A DNA stretch of 64,000 nt from Folioceros fuciformis (lineage: Eukaryota). The stretch is from NCBI GenBank assembly GCA_049999805.1, contig JBNGIO010006010.1, positions 1 through 64,000 on the forward strand, given 5' to 3'. Position numbers and translations under genes: made by a program. Below are positions 38,501-53,500 of the stretch, piece by piece. How positions within the stretch are numbered: position 1 is the first letter of the stretch; the number at the start of each line of letters is the position of its first letter. The notes under the pieces are model-generated. The model did no database searches, was not told the origin of the DNA, and saw only the letters and a list, made by a program, of their open reading frames with translations.

Positions 38501-41500
38501 AAAGAAAGAGTGTGCTGTACCAATTTGTAAGAAGGCTGGATGGGCACCCAGTCAACGGTCGGGTTGTGAGCCACAGGCGAAAAGTGCTTTGCACAATGCT
38601 TTGCTTTAACTCTTCGAACACAACTTCCAACTTTTTCATGAAGGCACCATCTATGTGACAATTTTGGAGAAGCACCCACCTGTATCCGAGGTCCTTTACG
38701 TATATGGCTTACATTGCTACTGTGTGACGTGAAAAGAGCTAAAAACATGATAACATGGTTGTTGGGAGCAAAATTATGCATACTCACTTTCCCCACTGAG
38801 CTGCTTCTTTGATAGCCTCCACTACCTTATGCCCCTGCGTGCCCACGACTCAACATTGAAAGGCAAGTGAGCACGGACGTCGCTACCCAGCAATTGGGTA
38901 TCGACAAACTGCAGAATACGAACCTGGCAGTGATCCAGAGAGAACACCCACAGCTTGCGGAGCATGCTCTGGCGCTTGGCGAAATCCAGAATCTGCATCA
39001 CACGATATCACTTAAGTAAATAGAATCTCCACGTTCTTAAAGCCACGATGACTTGTTACCTCTTCCACTGGGGCAGACACATTGTCGTGAATACAAGTGA
39101 TTGGAATATCCATATCTGATTCTTCATACGCATCCTCAACTGTAGTAAGCGCTTCATCTTCAGTGGCAAGATTTAGAATTTCTCTCACCAAATTTTGAAT
39201 AGCCTCAGCCAACTGTTCACATAATTCAGAATCAACATTGGGAGTCCAAGCAACTGGATGTTCACTTGATCGATTTGATTTCATGTTGAAACATCGCCAG
39301 GCTAAGAAACTGCTCACAAGGCTTAGGCAGGCAAAAGTGGAGGACCAGTACCCTATCAGGCCGTAGACAACGTAGTACAAGTAGAGACCTGAATGGTCCA
39401 ATTTTGTTCCTCCAAGCTGCAGGTATTGAGGCAAATGACTTGGACAGATAGAATTCTTTCCAGGGCCTGGTTTCCAGGTCTTCGATCAGGCCTTTATAAC
39501 TGTCAACAAGATCATGCCACGAATCTCTTAGCTCGCAGAAGCTTCCATGCAACGAGGAAGAAAGCTACCACAATCACCTGGGAAGCTTTGATAGATGGCA
39601 AAGCTGTCTCCACTCAGTGGACGTTGATTTCAACCATGAAGGGCATCTCTCATCAGAGCACGAGGGAGGACCCCCCGTGTCCCCTCGGAGCAAAAACATC
39701 CACTCGTCCTGGCACACATCTTGTCTCGTTTGTGCTATCCTGTAGGGTTACAGGTTAACATTCCAAGATTGGGCTCACAAGGAACCTATACTCATTCTGT
39801 GACGCGTCAGGCTATACACCAGACTTAATTTAGGTGTAATGCATCGTAAATTCACCTGAAAGTAATGAGGAGTCCAAATAGGAGACGGTGCCTCTGCAAG
39901 AGACTACTGCTGACTTGTTTGTAAATCGCAGAGGTGACCTTATGTATCAGATACGTTATCCTCGTTTCTAGCTCAACTGGATTCAAGGATGATGTTCGTT
40001 GCATGCTTTTGCTGTACGCAATTTTGAACCAAGGAAGAGTCCACTGGTAAATGGGTTCAAGCTGCAACACAGGCTAAGGAAGTAAGAATGGTGGCCTGTC
40101 ACCTACAACCCTTCTGGCCATGAGGTATTGAAAAAGTCCCATCAGAACATCATCATCCTGATGCAATATGGCTCTTCACAACAAGCCGAAAGTTAACAGA
40201 CTGATTTCACGACGAGTTGAACAAAAACAGACGAATAAAGATGAAGTACTTTGGCCACATCAGCAATGCAGGAGTACAAAATCGTTGCCCTTTCTGCAAT
40301 GGGCTTGTATCGTCGTCTTATGACTTCAATCACGTTCTCAGTTGACGATGCCTTTGTCATCCTCGACTGGAAAAATAGAAGCATCCGAAGAGTAAGCACA
40401 TCAATCATCTACAAACTCGGAACCTCCACTTCATACTTGGCACAGAGCTCAAGTCATCTGTCATTCCTCTTTTGATGTCTGTTACACATTCTGAATGGCC
40501 CACCCACAATCTGGTTCCTTAAACTTTCAATATTTCCATTTAGAGACCCCCTTTCCCCGCCCCGGCAGTCTTGTGTAACATAGCTGGAGTACCTGGATAT
40601 CAGCATATGTAGCTGTTGCCACAGACAGCGCTTGTTCAAGGGCCTCGTTGTCCAGAATAGTCCCCTGTTCAACACGGTTTGGAGCTTAGTGAAATTTCAG
40701 TAGAACTGGACGTCCCTGTAACGCGGGTCACTTGAGCAGGAAGAGATTGTTTGGCCCACCATTACTCCCTGAAGAAGTGTTAGAATATGATTCTCCACTT
40801 CGTGAAGCTTGCAATTCAAGGCTAGCCGTTGATGCAGTAGGCGATTCCTTTCCTCCTCCAGGTCCTGTCTTTCTCTTTCAGCGGCTGAAAGCATAAACTA
40901 TATTGTGAGGGTCTGTTGACGTTCACAGTTACAAAATACTTATGTGACCACGGAAGCACACTCTGAAACCAAAGCTGCATTCTTTGTGCCTTGCCCATTT
41001 TAAACAAAACAGTTTTCTGGCAGAGGTCAACAGCAATTTGAATGGCTCACCAATGGAGAGAAGCTGGCTACATAGTCCGTGGAATGTGATAGAAAAATCC
41101 ACGATGTTCAAGCTGATGCCCGCCTGCAGGCACACCAAACTTGCCAATGAGGATTCCCACACCCTATGTGTTCCGTTGTTAACAAGCTCCTTCTACACAA
41201 GCAGTGTGCTCCAGGACTATGTACCTCATCAGAGCACTTAAATCCTGTCTCAGTTGTCAAGAAAATGCACCGGCAGTCCGATGAAAACTTGCAGTGCTGT
41301 TTTGAAGGTCTCATGTTAAGAAGGTCACTTGATCGGCCTTTCCGCACTGTTGTGATCCGATGTAGGAGACCAGGGGGTGTAAAGCTCCCTACATTCTCGA
41401 CCAGCAGCAGTCCATCTCCTACAATGCAGGACTCAACTTCCTCAAGAAGTTTTTCTGAGTTCGCATCCACAGTTTGGACACCATAGGGGTCTTCCAGTCT

Positions 41501-44500
41501 ACGAATCCAGTTCCTAACTTGCTTTTGGGGATCGAGAACAAGGGCTGGGCGAGAACTGTTACACACAATGATGGCATTTTCCAGAGAATGCGTATCTGGA
41601 GGTAAGCCTGCATCTACCCATGCCTTGATATCCTGAGGAGTACTGCAAAATGTCACCAACGAAAAGTCGTCGGAGTGCTGCAAACCCATCCGTTGAAAGC
41701 TTTGCTGCCATTGTTTAAGTATGCTAGCTCGTACAGAAGCTGGAAAGGCACCAAGATAAGCGACATATCCTGCTGCAAGCAGAGTATCACCCATCAAGTT
41801 TTCTCTACGTTTTTTGAGACTAGAGACCTGCTCTGCCCAGCGACGGCATTCCCCGTCGAGTCTTGTGATAAGACGTACGGCTCGCTGCAATTTCAGTTCT
41901 GAATCCTCCGCCTTTCTAACAAGGCTACCCTTTGTAACACTTGCATTTTCATATCTGCGCAGGAATCGACAACGTACCTCAGTCAGGACGGATCTGGAAA
42001 GACTACTTTGCGCCTTAGTGCCAACTTGGATAACTCTCTTGTACCTGGCTCTTAGGTGGTAAAGACTCTCCTCTATTGCTGCGAGGTTCAGCCTCTTTTG
42101 TTCAAGTTTTTCTTTGCATTTTTCAAGATTCTCGTTGGCGACCTGCTTAAACCGGATTCTACTTAGTCTTCCACATTACAGCTGAGACAACGGAGCCACC
42201 ACATTCACCCTTGTATCTATTTCGGACCACCAGACAGCCTCTCTCTAGGCCAAAGGGAGAGACATCACCCACCTTCAATTTCTCGAGCCTTGGCTCCATT
42301 TTGATGGTCTTCGCAACATGGTATTTATACATGGCTCTTATCCATATGCATATAGAACGGCAAGCAACTGATATCCTTCTTACTTTCTCTGGCTTGAATA
42401 GAGGATTCTCCATGTAAGGCCGTAGTTTTTCCATGGTAGAACTTTCCATCCCATCTTTGTTGAAGTTCAAGAGTAGCTGAACGAAGTTGACCTGCACAAA
42501 ACTCGAGTCCAGTTATGGTCTGAACAGCACCAATTAACGTACATGGTATAACTACAAAATTCAGACCATACATCTTACTTGAGACAGGAGTTCTCGTGCT
42601 ACAGGCCAGTAATCATCTGTCACTTCATATTTAAGAATCTCATGTGGGACAGAGGGTCGCCTACGCCTGGGTTTCTTCCTAAGGATAATGCAGAGCGCTT
42701 CTAGCACAATAAGTAGACGGGGAGGTGGCTGAGTGAATGATTTCAATTCAGACACGTCCTTTTTATTAAGGAGACTAAGCTGTTTGATAGCTGCTGAAAC
42801 CTGTGTGAGAGCAAGCGTTTTAGAAACCGGAGGGGGGACAACGAGAAGAAACTAAGAGCTTTATGCTGTTAATGATCTGTGTTATTAACTATCAACTACA
42901 CCTGTGGAGCAACCTCCTCAACTTGCTCTTGAGCAGCTTGTGCCAACTGCCTACACAATTCAGCCTCCTCTACAGCAAGTTTTTCCTCATCATAGACAGC
43001 TTGTAATGCTTTGTCCATGGCTAACTGCTCATCATATATGGAATTCAGTAGCTGATCCATATCTGAACTGGTGTGTTCCTTGCAGTTCAAAATTTCCTGG
43101 AGATCCTTTTGCATTTGCACAACTAGATTTCGAGTGGATTTTAGCTTCTTCACCCCGATCTCAAGGCGGTCCAGGTAAGTAGCCAATTCACCTCCCTTTT
43201 TGTCCAATATGCTACCAAATACATAAAGCATCTCATGATAGCTAGCCAATCCAATCAGCCTCCAGGACCCTTTCTGCCACACATATCCTTGTCGAATAAA
43301 ATTGGAAGAACTCTTACCCTGCAACGAATTACAGAATCCACGAGCGTAGTCATTGGGCTGTTGTCAAAGTAAGATGCACACGTAGTATATAGCAGCAACG
43401 AGAATAGCTGCGAACCTTACAAGACATACCATGGATAACTCCGAAGCCAGAGCGTTGCTAAGATTGTGCACTGCTGCGCATGACTTGACCAAGCTTTCCA
43501 TGGCTGGATCAGGCCAGGCTTTCACAAGATCATGCTCAGTGAGCTTGACTTTAGCAACTGCCTCTAGGGCTCCTGGCGTCCACCTATCATAATAGTCAAC
43601 TGAGAAGTGGGTGGCTATCAATGATGAGTCGTAGAAACTGCTCTGGATTGCTTCACTTCCAGAAGAGTTCCCTGCACAGATCACCTACACCCGTCGCCCC
43701 ACCATGTTATCTGGCGAAGCATGATGCTGTTACGAGCACACCTCACGGAGAGACTTAGAGCTCCGATGAGTCAGCGGCTCAAGTTCCATTTACCAGATGA
43801 AGCCTGGATCTCAGGCGCTGCAAGAAACGCAGCTTCAAGAACTGCTCCCTGTCACTGCCAGTCTCCAGCTCGAAAGTGGGCAGCACTGACATATCCTCTA
43901 GTCTGTAGAGCTCTTGTTGGATAAAATATTTCTCCTTGTCGCCAAGTAATTCCCAGGCCTGAACAGTGTTTGACCATGCCAGATCATGAAAAACATGATA
44001 ATTTCAAGCAGGGATATTTTCAAAGCAACAGGAAGGAACATCAACCTCTCCACAGTGTATGATTTGCTTAAGGTCTTGCATTATCGTTCTCTGAATATCA
44101 ATGTCAACTTCCATCTTGAGGAGGAGCACGGTTTGTATGTCCCTAAGGCTGCATGACTTCAGCAGCTCTTTGAGAGTCACACTCCAAGTTTGATAATCGT
44201 AGTCACTGTTAACTTGAACCTGTGATGTATTGCTCTGTGAAAGTTCAGTCCTGCCCGGGAGATTGTGAATTCTTAATATAGGAGGTTAGATTGATTACAA
44301 CTAACCTCATAGAGAACGAAGCCAAGTATATGCGTTGCCAGTCTGGTCATGGAACTCCTCCCACTTCCAGAGCAACCCAGAAGTAATGCATGTCCATCTG
44401 GCATTTGAATCATGCGTAGGATCCTAGAGAGGTGTGTCAATGCCTCTGGAAACAATACTAACGCATTTTTATATCCCTCTTCCAAGCTGTAGCTGATCAA

Positions 44501-47500
44501 AAACTTTTTCATATTCTCAGCCCATACAGTACGGTCATGGACTTCATCATACTGTGACCATGCTTGAATCACCCCGTCGGCCTGCATAACGCGGTAGTAT
44601 GACCCATATATTGGTTGTTTCTGCTCGCTTACAAGACATGCTAGAAATGGAAGCTGATCACCAGTCTCAGGAATCAACTTTTCTTTTGCTACTGCCGACA
44701 AAGCCGAGACCACCAAAGCTCTGTCAGCGGGATTCTTCAATCCATCGCAGAATGCTCGGCAGAACTCATTTGCCCAAAGTCGAAATATGCCATCCTTTTC
44801 TGTGAAACTCTCCAAAGAAGCTGAAAGAAGCCGCTTGAGCACGAGAAAAATACTATGTAGGCTAATGGAGAAGCGGTCTGTAAGTGTCTGAAAGGCCAAC
44901 TTGAGCTGTGAATAGAGCTTGACAGATGCTTCACTGATATGACTTAGAAGCAAGCCGGTTACAACATTGCTGTTTAGCTCATGGTATCTTCTACCAAGAG
45001 CTTCAGAGAAAATGGAGGTAAGGGAGCTCTCATTGTGTTCACTCACATGGATCTGAAAGTAATGCCGAAAGAGTCTATCCACAGGGAACTGCGAAGGTGA
45101 TCGATGGGTGGTCATAGCTGCTAAGTGCACAAGTCCATGTACAGCCGTAAATGTAGCATCTGCAGGGAAGCCATACCATCCTTGGTACTCAATGAGAAAC
45201 CTCAGAAATTGTTCAGTCGGCGCCTCGCCCTGTGGAGAAATATTCAAGTCATCTATGAAAACTGCCATTTTTTCATGGATCGCAGGTGAGAGCATCCTCC
45301 TTTTCCTTATGGCCATTTTTGGCCTCAGCACGTCATATAAACCTGACCCACCTGAGGTTTCATGGAGGGTAACTCCAACAATTTGATAGTTCTGTGAGGC
45401 CCTCAGTCTGTGCAAGAGATAAGATGCAATACTGGTTTTCCCACAGCCTGCCACACCTGACAGAAGAACTGGCCTCGAAAGGTCTGACAGGCAAGCTGCA
45501 AGCATCTCATATCGCATTGTTTCATGAGTATGCACGTGCAGCGCTCCATCTACCAGACTCAAGCTTAAGTGAGAGCCATGTTTAACCAAATCATTCGGTT
45601 TTGAGACCAGCTCTATCCCTGCACCAACATGCAAAACTGTATCTGACAAGAGATCCTTCCAGCTCTTCCAAACCATAGTCTCTGCATCAAAATAAAAATC
45701 GTAGATGGATCCATCTGGAAGCATCCCTGAAAATTCTGAATATGTAGACGAGCAATCTCGAATAACTCTGTCAAACCGGTCTCGATTTTCCAAGTCAGCA
45801 AGTATCCCTCCTACCGACCAAACAAGGCTGAAAATGAACAAAGAGCCCACACTTGCTTTCAGCTTTTGCAAAATATCAGTAGAAACTGATGTAGCCTGGA
45901 TGTCCATGTCCCGCTCATGCATCAAAATGTCAGCTTCACCTGCCTGACTATTCTTCTCATCCATGTCTCCAATATCTCGATCCCCACAGACATCCTCGCA
46001 TGAGTACCATGAACTTTCATGGTACAATCTCCGCCAGTTGACAATATCCCGCACTTGTTTCTGGCTTTTGGTAAGAATCTGAAAACTATTTTTTGGGCTC
46101 AGCCCATTGCTGCCTCCATTGTCACCCCGACAGTTGGACTCCATGTAGCCTTTCTGGCTACAGCAAACCTCAAAATAAGACAGTCCACCTTCACCTCCTC
46201 GTCCCACTCGTTTCAAAATCGCTTCCAAAACATTCAGCAAGTTTTGCACTAGGCCCACATAGCAAATTGACCCAGGAGGACATCCTGAGATGACTTTCAG
46301 ACAAGGTGCAAGAAAAGACTCAAAGAGCTCCTCAAAAAAAGTATGAAATGCTGATCCTGCCACATGCTTCTGCACCCAGGATAGGACAAGAGGCCGCCAT
46401 CCTGGTTCTAATGGATCCATCAATACAATCCCACATCTGGAAACCGTTGCTGGAGAGACACCCTTCAAGGTGTCAACTTCAAAAATGACACTGAAACTCT
46501 CTGCAGGAGGCAAGAAAATCCGTTCACCATTCTTCAAGAAAAGGACGCCGGTGTCATCAAGCATAGTGTTAACACTGTCAACCCACTGCCCACTCATTGA
46601 TCCATCCAAAACCATCCAGAGTGCCGTGTCTTTTGCTGAAATAGCCTCACATTTCTGCAGTATGTGCGGTACAATACCTTCCTGCCAGCAATGTGATTTA
46701 GGGTTCACACTTCCAAAGAGATGTCCCGTGGATACTGCGGTTGGATTCACAACCTCCACCATAACATGCTTGGCAAGAGCCCTGTTCTGGTCATCCCTCT
46801 TCACCTGAGATTTGATCAAAAGGCCTGCATCTTGGTAGCTTTGTGCATCTGCCATGATGTTGAAAGCTCTGGCAAGGCTGGAGTAACACTGAGTCTTACC
46901 CGCACCTGATCCTCCAACAATCATCACACCCTGATGCACTCTCATCGTGCCATGGAGTTGCACACACTTCTGCACTAGGGGTTCATGGGGGCATAGTCGT
47001 CGCTGTGCTAAGCCTAGTTTAATGGAAGCTTCCAACCCTCCTTGCTTCATTGGAGGGATCTGCAAGTAAGGAAAAAGGTCGAGCAGGAGACTTGAGAAGA
47101 GACTGAAGCCATCTCCCACTAGGCGGGGTAAGCAATACTGCTGCAAGGTTTTGCACAGAATTAGGTCTCCATTACACACATTAGAGGAAACTGCGAACCA
47201 CTGGTCTGGTGCTGATCGTAAAATTCCCATCCACTTTATCACAGCCTTCAAGGCCCTGAGACCAAAGTCACAGTGGTGATTCTCGAAAAATAGTTGCTTA
47301 CCAGCGATGTGAAAGCACAAAGTCAGTTTCCTAGCCACACCGGCTGAATCCTCAAACCCTTCAGCCACAAGCAGGATCCGTGCAACCATGCTTGTATCAG
47401 GATGAATCATAGAGACTGGCCTAAACAGAGACCGAATATTTTGAGTGCATTCAGGTCGAGAGGAGCACACGGGCTTCATAGTAGTACAGATGGCAAAGGA

Positions 47501-50500
47501 CGGATTCAGAGCAAGACCAATGCCCTCATACGTAAATCTTTGCGCTTTCATGATAACAGCGTGTTGAATGATAAGCAGTTGCTTTGCCAGAACAGAAATG
47601 ATGTCAGGTCGTAGGCACTCGAATTCATCTAGACAAAGCCAGATCCCTCCACTTGCCATACCCTGCAGGTGAAGCCAACCCATATATCACAGACAAAGTC
47701 TCGGATATACCCATGTTACAAACTGCAAACAAGTAGAAAGCAACTAACTCAACCCCTCTCTCCATGCAGATAAGACAGACTTCGAAACTAACCTTCAAAG
47801 CATTTCCAATCGCACTGTGATCTATCTCTTCAGAGCAGCTCATCACTATACAATGTTTACCCAAGGATTTTGCAAGATCCTTCACTGTTTCAGTTTTTCC
47901 TGCCGCAGCAGGCCCGCTAATGGCACCCCCTAGGCCGAGGGAAAAGGCATGCATCAGACCAACAAAGCATCGTTCTGTAAGGGGTGTCATGACCAATCGG
48001 TTCTGATAGTCAACGAGATCAAAGCCGTATTGACGCTCAATTTTCAAAACTTGAGCCTGGCAGGCTCCACTCGAATGGCAGTAATATCGCAAAACCTGCT
48101 GCCATGAAAATGCATCCAGTCCTACAAATGGGTCACATTTTAGTTTTTCAACGGTGTCCCTCAGGTAAACACCAACCAAGACAAGGCTCTTCCAAGTTCC
48201 TTGCTCTTCAACACTTGAACGTGACTTGATGCTCTGCAACAAATCCTGCAGTTGCTCGTCTATAAGGATTAGCTCAGTATTCAGATTTTTGGCTACATCT
48301 TCCGTCAATGACATCATCATTTCCATGCGATGGCAGAATATAACACAAGCAGAAACCACCAATATTTGGCAGTTGACCATGTTCTTTTCTGGCTCCCCCT
48401 CCTGAAGCAGTGGAGCAGGGGTTTCAGTTCTTGCTGTGCATTCTGAAATGTCAATAACTGTCCGGTCCAAAGTGCTGGGCTTAACATCAATACTTGCTCT
48501 TGCAGGGACAGGAGAATGCTGGGCAGCAAGATACGTTTTAGAGCACAGCAGCATCTTGACTCTCGCTAAAAGAGCCTCCTTTACTTTCTCCTTCATTGCA
48601 AGCTCAACAGCAACCATCCAATGCTCAACAGGCTTGTCAGATGTTGTGACTGGTGTTGAAAACAAGAGCTTTTCTGATTTTCTGATCCATAAGCCCGCAA
48701 CATTACTTTGATGTGGATGATCACCTTCGGTTTCTACAAACGCTATGCAGCGCACATCACCAAAGCACTTACAGAGGTAGTACTGCAATTCCTCTGGGTT
48801 GCGTTCGTGTGAGATCACCTAGATAAGTGTGCGTCGTGAGTCTTGGAACTAACCAATCACATAATTTGAATGAAAGAAGACGTACCCACAGTCTGAGAGA
48901 CCAGGGAGCACCTGAAGTAGCTCGTCATTCGAAAGAAAGAAGAACCTTGGGAAAACAGCACGTTTTCTTTCAAGCAGAGCAACTAGGCTGCACATGATTC
49001 CCTCCATAGTTTGTATGGACTGAGGCACATTGTCAGTTATGAGGCTTGACTCGCACAAATGCATAAAGAGACCTCGGGTAGTCACCAATTCCAAAACTTC
49101 CTTCCATCTTAAGTTAACGTCTTCAAACCTACTGGATTCCTCTGTCAGCTGCTGCTGGATATTTGATGACTGGAATATGGGCTGCAGGGTCTGGTCAATG
49201 GCAGCATATATGTGATCAGATATAATGTTAGGCAACTCCATGTGCACCAAGGCAAAAGAGACTTACCTGCATCCACTTCTGACAGTTTAGAAGGCCTTCC
49301 AGAAGCTGAAGCAGAACATATAGTTTTTCTCGCCATGCACGAATGTTGCCCTCCAAGGCTTTTGCATAAGGACTGTGAAGCATTGAGCCAGCTGCCACAA
49401 GCTGATCATCCAATAACTCCAACACATGCTCACTCCCCTGAATGACCTGTCCTTGTCCATGTACAAGAGGGCTCAAGTGAAGATTTGCTCGCCTCATCTC
49501 TTCCTCCATTTTCTCCAAACACACCTAGAACAGTGAAGATCATGATCAGGTCACCTTACTGTGCAAACTGACTTGTGTTCACACAAAGTGTTGAAAGTGT
49601 GCAAGCATAAAACATTCAATGTCTCGATATGTCACTCATCTTACTTCTTGATTGTACTCTTCTGCTGCACGCTCTAAGACGGCCACAATAGCTTGACGAT
49701 TTTCAAGAAGTGGTAATTCGAGCACAAAAGAGAACATACACTCATCATCTGCTTCTTGAAAAGTGTGGTCACCAGTATCTTTGGAAAGCTCAATCCAGTG
49801 CATTCTGCGTACTCCCGGATGATGTAGCCGGACAATCAATGGCATCCTGGCTACCATCCAGTTCACCTGATAATCAGAGTAGTGTTATCACGTAAATCTG
49901 TCAGCGTCATAAAGAAATCTACAAGAAAGCGGAATTAGAAAACAGTCAGACACGTTCTATTCAAGTAGGATTTCGAAATGGAAGAACAAACCTGATCAGA
50001 AAGCGCAAGCAAGGCCTGCTTACTCGAAGAGGAAGCCAAAGGATTTGTAAGGGTATCAACCTTCTCCACAAACGTTTGAATCTGAGTTATTCATTGACAG
50101 CAAGGGTGAGAGCCTTATCCTAACAGTGCAGATTTTCAGAGAATTTCTGTTGTAGATATACTGCATCTATGGGTATAAAAGTGAAAAATCTCCTGCTGTG
50201 GCATAGGGTTCTAGGTCAAATTTGCACAAGCTTTTAGTTGATCACTGACTGTCCTAAACGTTACCAAAGCTGACATGTTATCGATGTTGATCTGCTTGAA
50301 CTGCAGACTCAGCCAATGTTTCCTGGCACGTTCCCAGTCTGCGGCTGTGATCCATAAAGCTGCAAGCCAATCAACCTTGTCAAGGGAAGGCGCGATCAGC
50401 CGTGCACACTCACCTTCCTCAAACATCTCTAACAGCTTTTCCTGTCTCTGTAGCTTCTGAATAGCTGAACTAATTTTCCTTAGGTCTTCTGCTGACATCT

Positions 50501-53500
50501 GAACCCGAAGTTCATACTCCTGCGAGCTAGATAAGTCTTTGAACTGCTCATAGACAGGAATTGCTGCAACAACTTCGGAAGCTCGGATGAGCAATGTTGC
50601 CTACGTGCACGACAATGCAATCAAGGCCTCTGTTGTCAACTCAAATTTGGCAGCTGCAAGGAGGACTAATGGTCAGAGCGTGTATCGGGTGTAACCTGTT
50701 CAGCCCGGACACCTGCAATAACTGACGGCTTTGCTTCTACCAAATGCTGCTCCTTGACATAAGCCTCATTCAGTAGAGTTTGAACTCTCTGATAAACTGA
50801 CCAGTAAGCATGTGCATCAGCATCTGAAAGTTCGATGAATAAAGTCTCACAAGCACAGTAGCTCCCTTGTAAGACATCCAGGTCCGACAACAAATCACAG
50901 CAGTTGCTCTTGTAATCTTGAACAAGCAACTCTAGCTCCGCAAATTTTTCAGGGCTTACATCAAAGAGGGAGGTTGACAACAGGAATACATCCTTGTCCA
51001 ATTGCCCATTGAGCTGGTTGATTTTGCACTGAAGTAGATTACGTAGTGTATCCGAAACTTTCCTTTTACACTCATGACCGACCCTGACCGTTCCACTGAC
51101 AATCTCAGAGCAATTAAAGACAAACAAGGACCCAACTACATTTCCATTTGACGACTCCAAATACGATTCAAGAAGCTTCTGATGTGCTAACAGACAACCC
51201 ATAGATTTCACCAGCCTTTCCAGTATTTTAAGAGCAAATGCTGAAGTTTGCGATCGCATATGCACATCCAGGTCTGCTAATGCCTCCAGGCCCTTATGAT
51301 ACGTAACTGATGCATCATGTCCTTCAGAGAACTCAGACACGACATCCAGCAGCTTTTGCTTTTGAAAATCCTGGTCCTGTAGCCCTACATGTCCATGAAT
51401 CAGAACTGCAGCATCTTTGATGCATGATTCCAAATCGGCTTTCTGAAGGCTAAGGTTTGTCCACAACATGGATATCTCTCTAGCTAGCTGATTCAGCATC
51501 TGCACCCCTGGGGAAAGAGCAGCATCAATCCTCAGACGACATGCTGCAACCCTTTCAACTGCTGCCGCAAACAAACTCACACGATAGGCTTGCGACGATT
51601 CTGCCTGCATCCAGCAATATTCAAGTCATAAAGTAGATTTGTGCCACTGAACCAATGCTTTAACATAAAATGCTGACAGTTCGTCCCGTTGATCAGCTAC
51701 AGCACTCTTGCTTTACAGGGGATAAAGACCTTGGTGTGGATTGCACCCTTTGATTCCATGAAAGGCACCAGCGTGAGAGCCTTTACAGCATCATCGAGCT
51801 GCACACAGTCAACCCATTACAACAACTGAGGCCGCAACGCACATCCAGCTCTGATACAGTATACCACGTTTTCATGCATACACAATCAGATACACAGTTT
51901 GTGCACTGGGCTATGCAAAAGTCCTACTTTCACCACTATTCACACAAGCAGGCAACATGGGAAGCTGACAAGAACAAAAATAAAGGAAACAGGAGTTCAA
52001 AGTGCCTAACCATCTTGCCAGAAAGAGTATCCAGGCATGCCAAAGGAGGTCGGTAGCTCAAATTTTTGTCACTGATCCTTAGATTCACAATGAAGAGAGG
52101 CACCACTCGCTTTTGACTTTGGTCAGCTTGCCCTCCATCAAAAGTTGCAGCGTATGAATCTAGTGAATCCTTGACCGCCTCTCCAAGTGCAGTCTCCATA
52201 ACAAAATCTGCCCACCTGCAGAGCATCATGCAGGTAACGCGGTTGACAGGAGAAGCATCCTTTGTGCTATGTCCATTTAAGAAAGCCAATGCTAGAATCA
52301 ATGACAAACCGAACAATTGAGACACAAGAAATTCTGTGCTAGACTCTGTCAGGTAATATTTGTGATTGGCATGAACCTGCTTCTAACTACTGCAGACACT
52401 CGGTGGGAGAGCGCACGAGTTACTTGTTCATCATGGTGCACACCTTGCAGTTCGAAGATAGAGACCTGAGCCATTCTCCAGGACACTTGGGCCCTATTTA
52501 AACACACAGCCGAAAGTGGGGACCAGTTACACACTAGGCCGCAACAAAGTTGTCCATAAGAATGCACGTCGTGCTCACCTAACAGAAATCCTACCTCATC
52601 TTCAACAAATGCCATGTTGAGAGCATCTCTAGCATCCACAAGTACTCTTTTTCTGAGGTTCTTTGATATTTCCCTGACAGTTTCTGTCTGCACAAAGGTG
52701 CGGAAATTGACTTGAGTGACACTGAAGTTCCAAGTCCACCAGCCTGACAACCAGGCTGTGTCATTCAAGGTACTACATGGAGAACAATCACTTCCGACTA
52801 TCACCTGAACACTTATTGCCCTCTCAATATTTGCACAGGAACATGCCGTTGTAAAAATGCGAGTCTTTCCAACTGCCAGTGAGGTGCCTACGACAGACTG
52901 GATAGCACCCTGCAATCTTGGTCTAAGAAATGCCATTGAAGCTCCTATGGCATACTGTTCCACCAACCTGTGTGCAGGAATCACCACAGGCCTGGGACCC
53001 TTCCCTGTCAAGCCTACAGAGACAGAATTGCCAACATTGCTTCATCTGTAATCTCCCTTGCATGCACACATCACTTTCCTGCATTAGGAAATATCACATG
53101 CATCTAGATTGAGTATTCTAATCCCTTAAAACGGAAGGGGCAGCTATTTTTTAGGATCACCTTCGTCTGCAGTGGAAGTGTCAGTGGCTTCTGCTGCCTG
53201 CTTGAACTCAGCTGCTAATTCAGATAGAAGGGGAAACAAATTGTAAACAATGGGCATTGTAGTCTTGTGTGCTGATATCCTCTCATCCCTCCTTCCGACA
53301 GGGTAACAGGAATCTTTGTCACCATGCTTCACGACATCATTTCCAGCAGCAACAAGGGTGTAGCGGCCTCTAGCTACCGACACAACTTGTCTGGAAAACG
53401 TCTGGGCGTCGTGCGGTCCATCAACAACGGCGATACCTAGCCGAGATTCCACCCCGCAGAAACCTCGACATCCAGAATTGATAGCACAGTTACTAGCATC

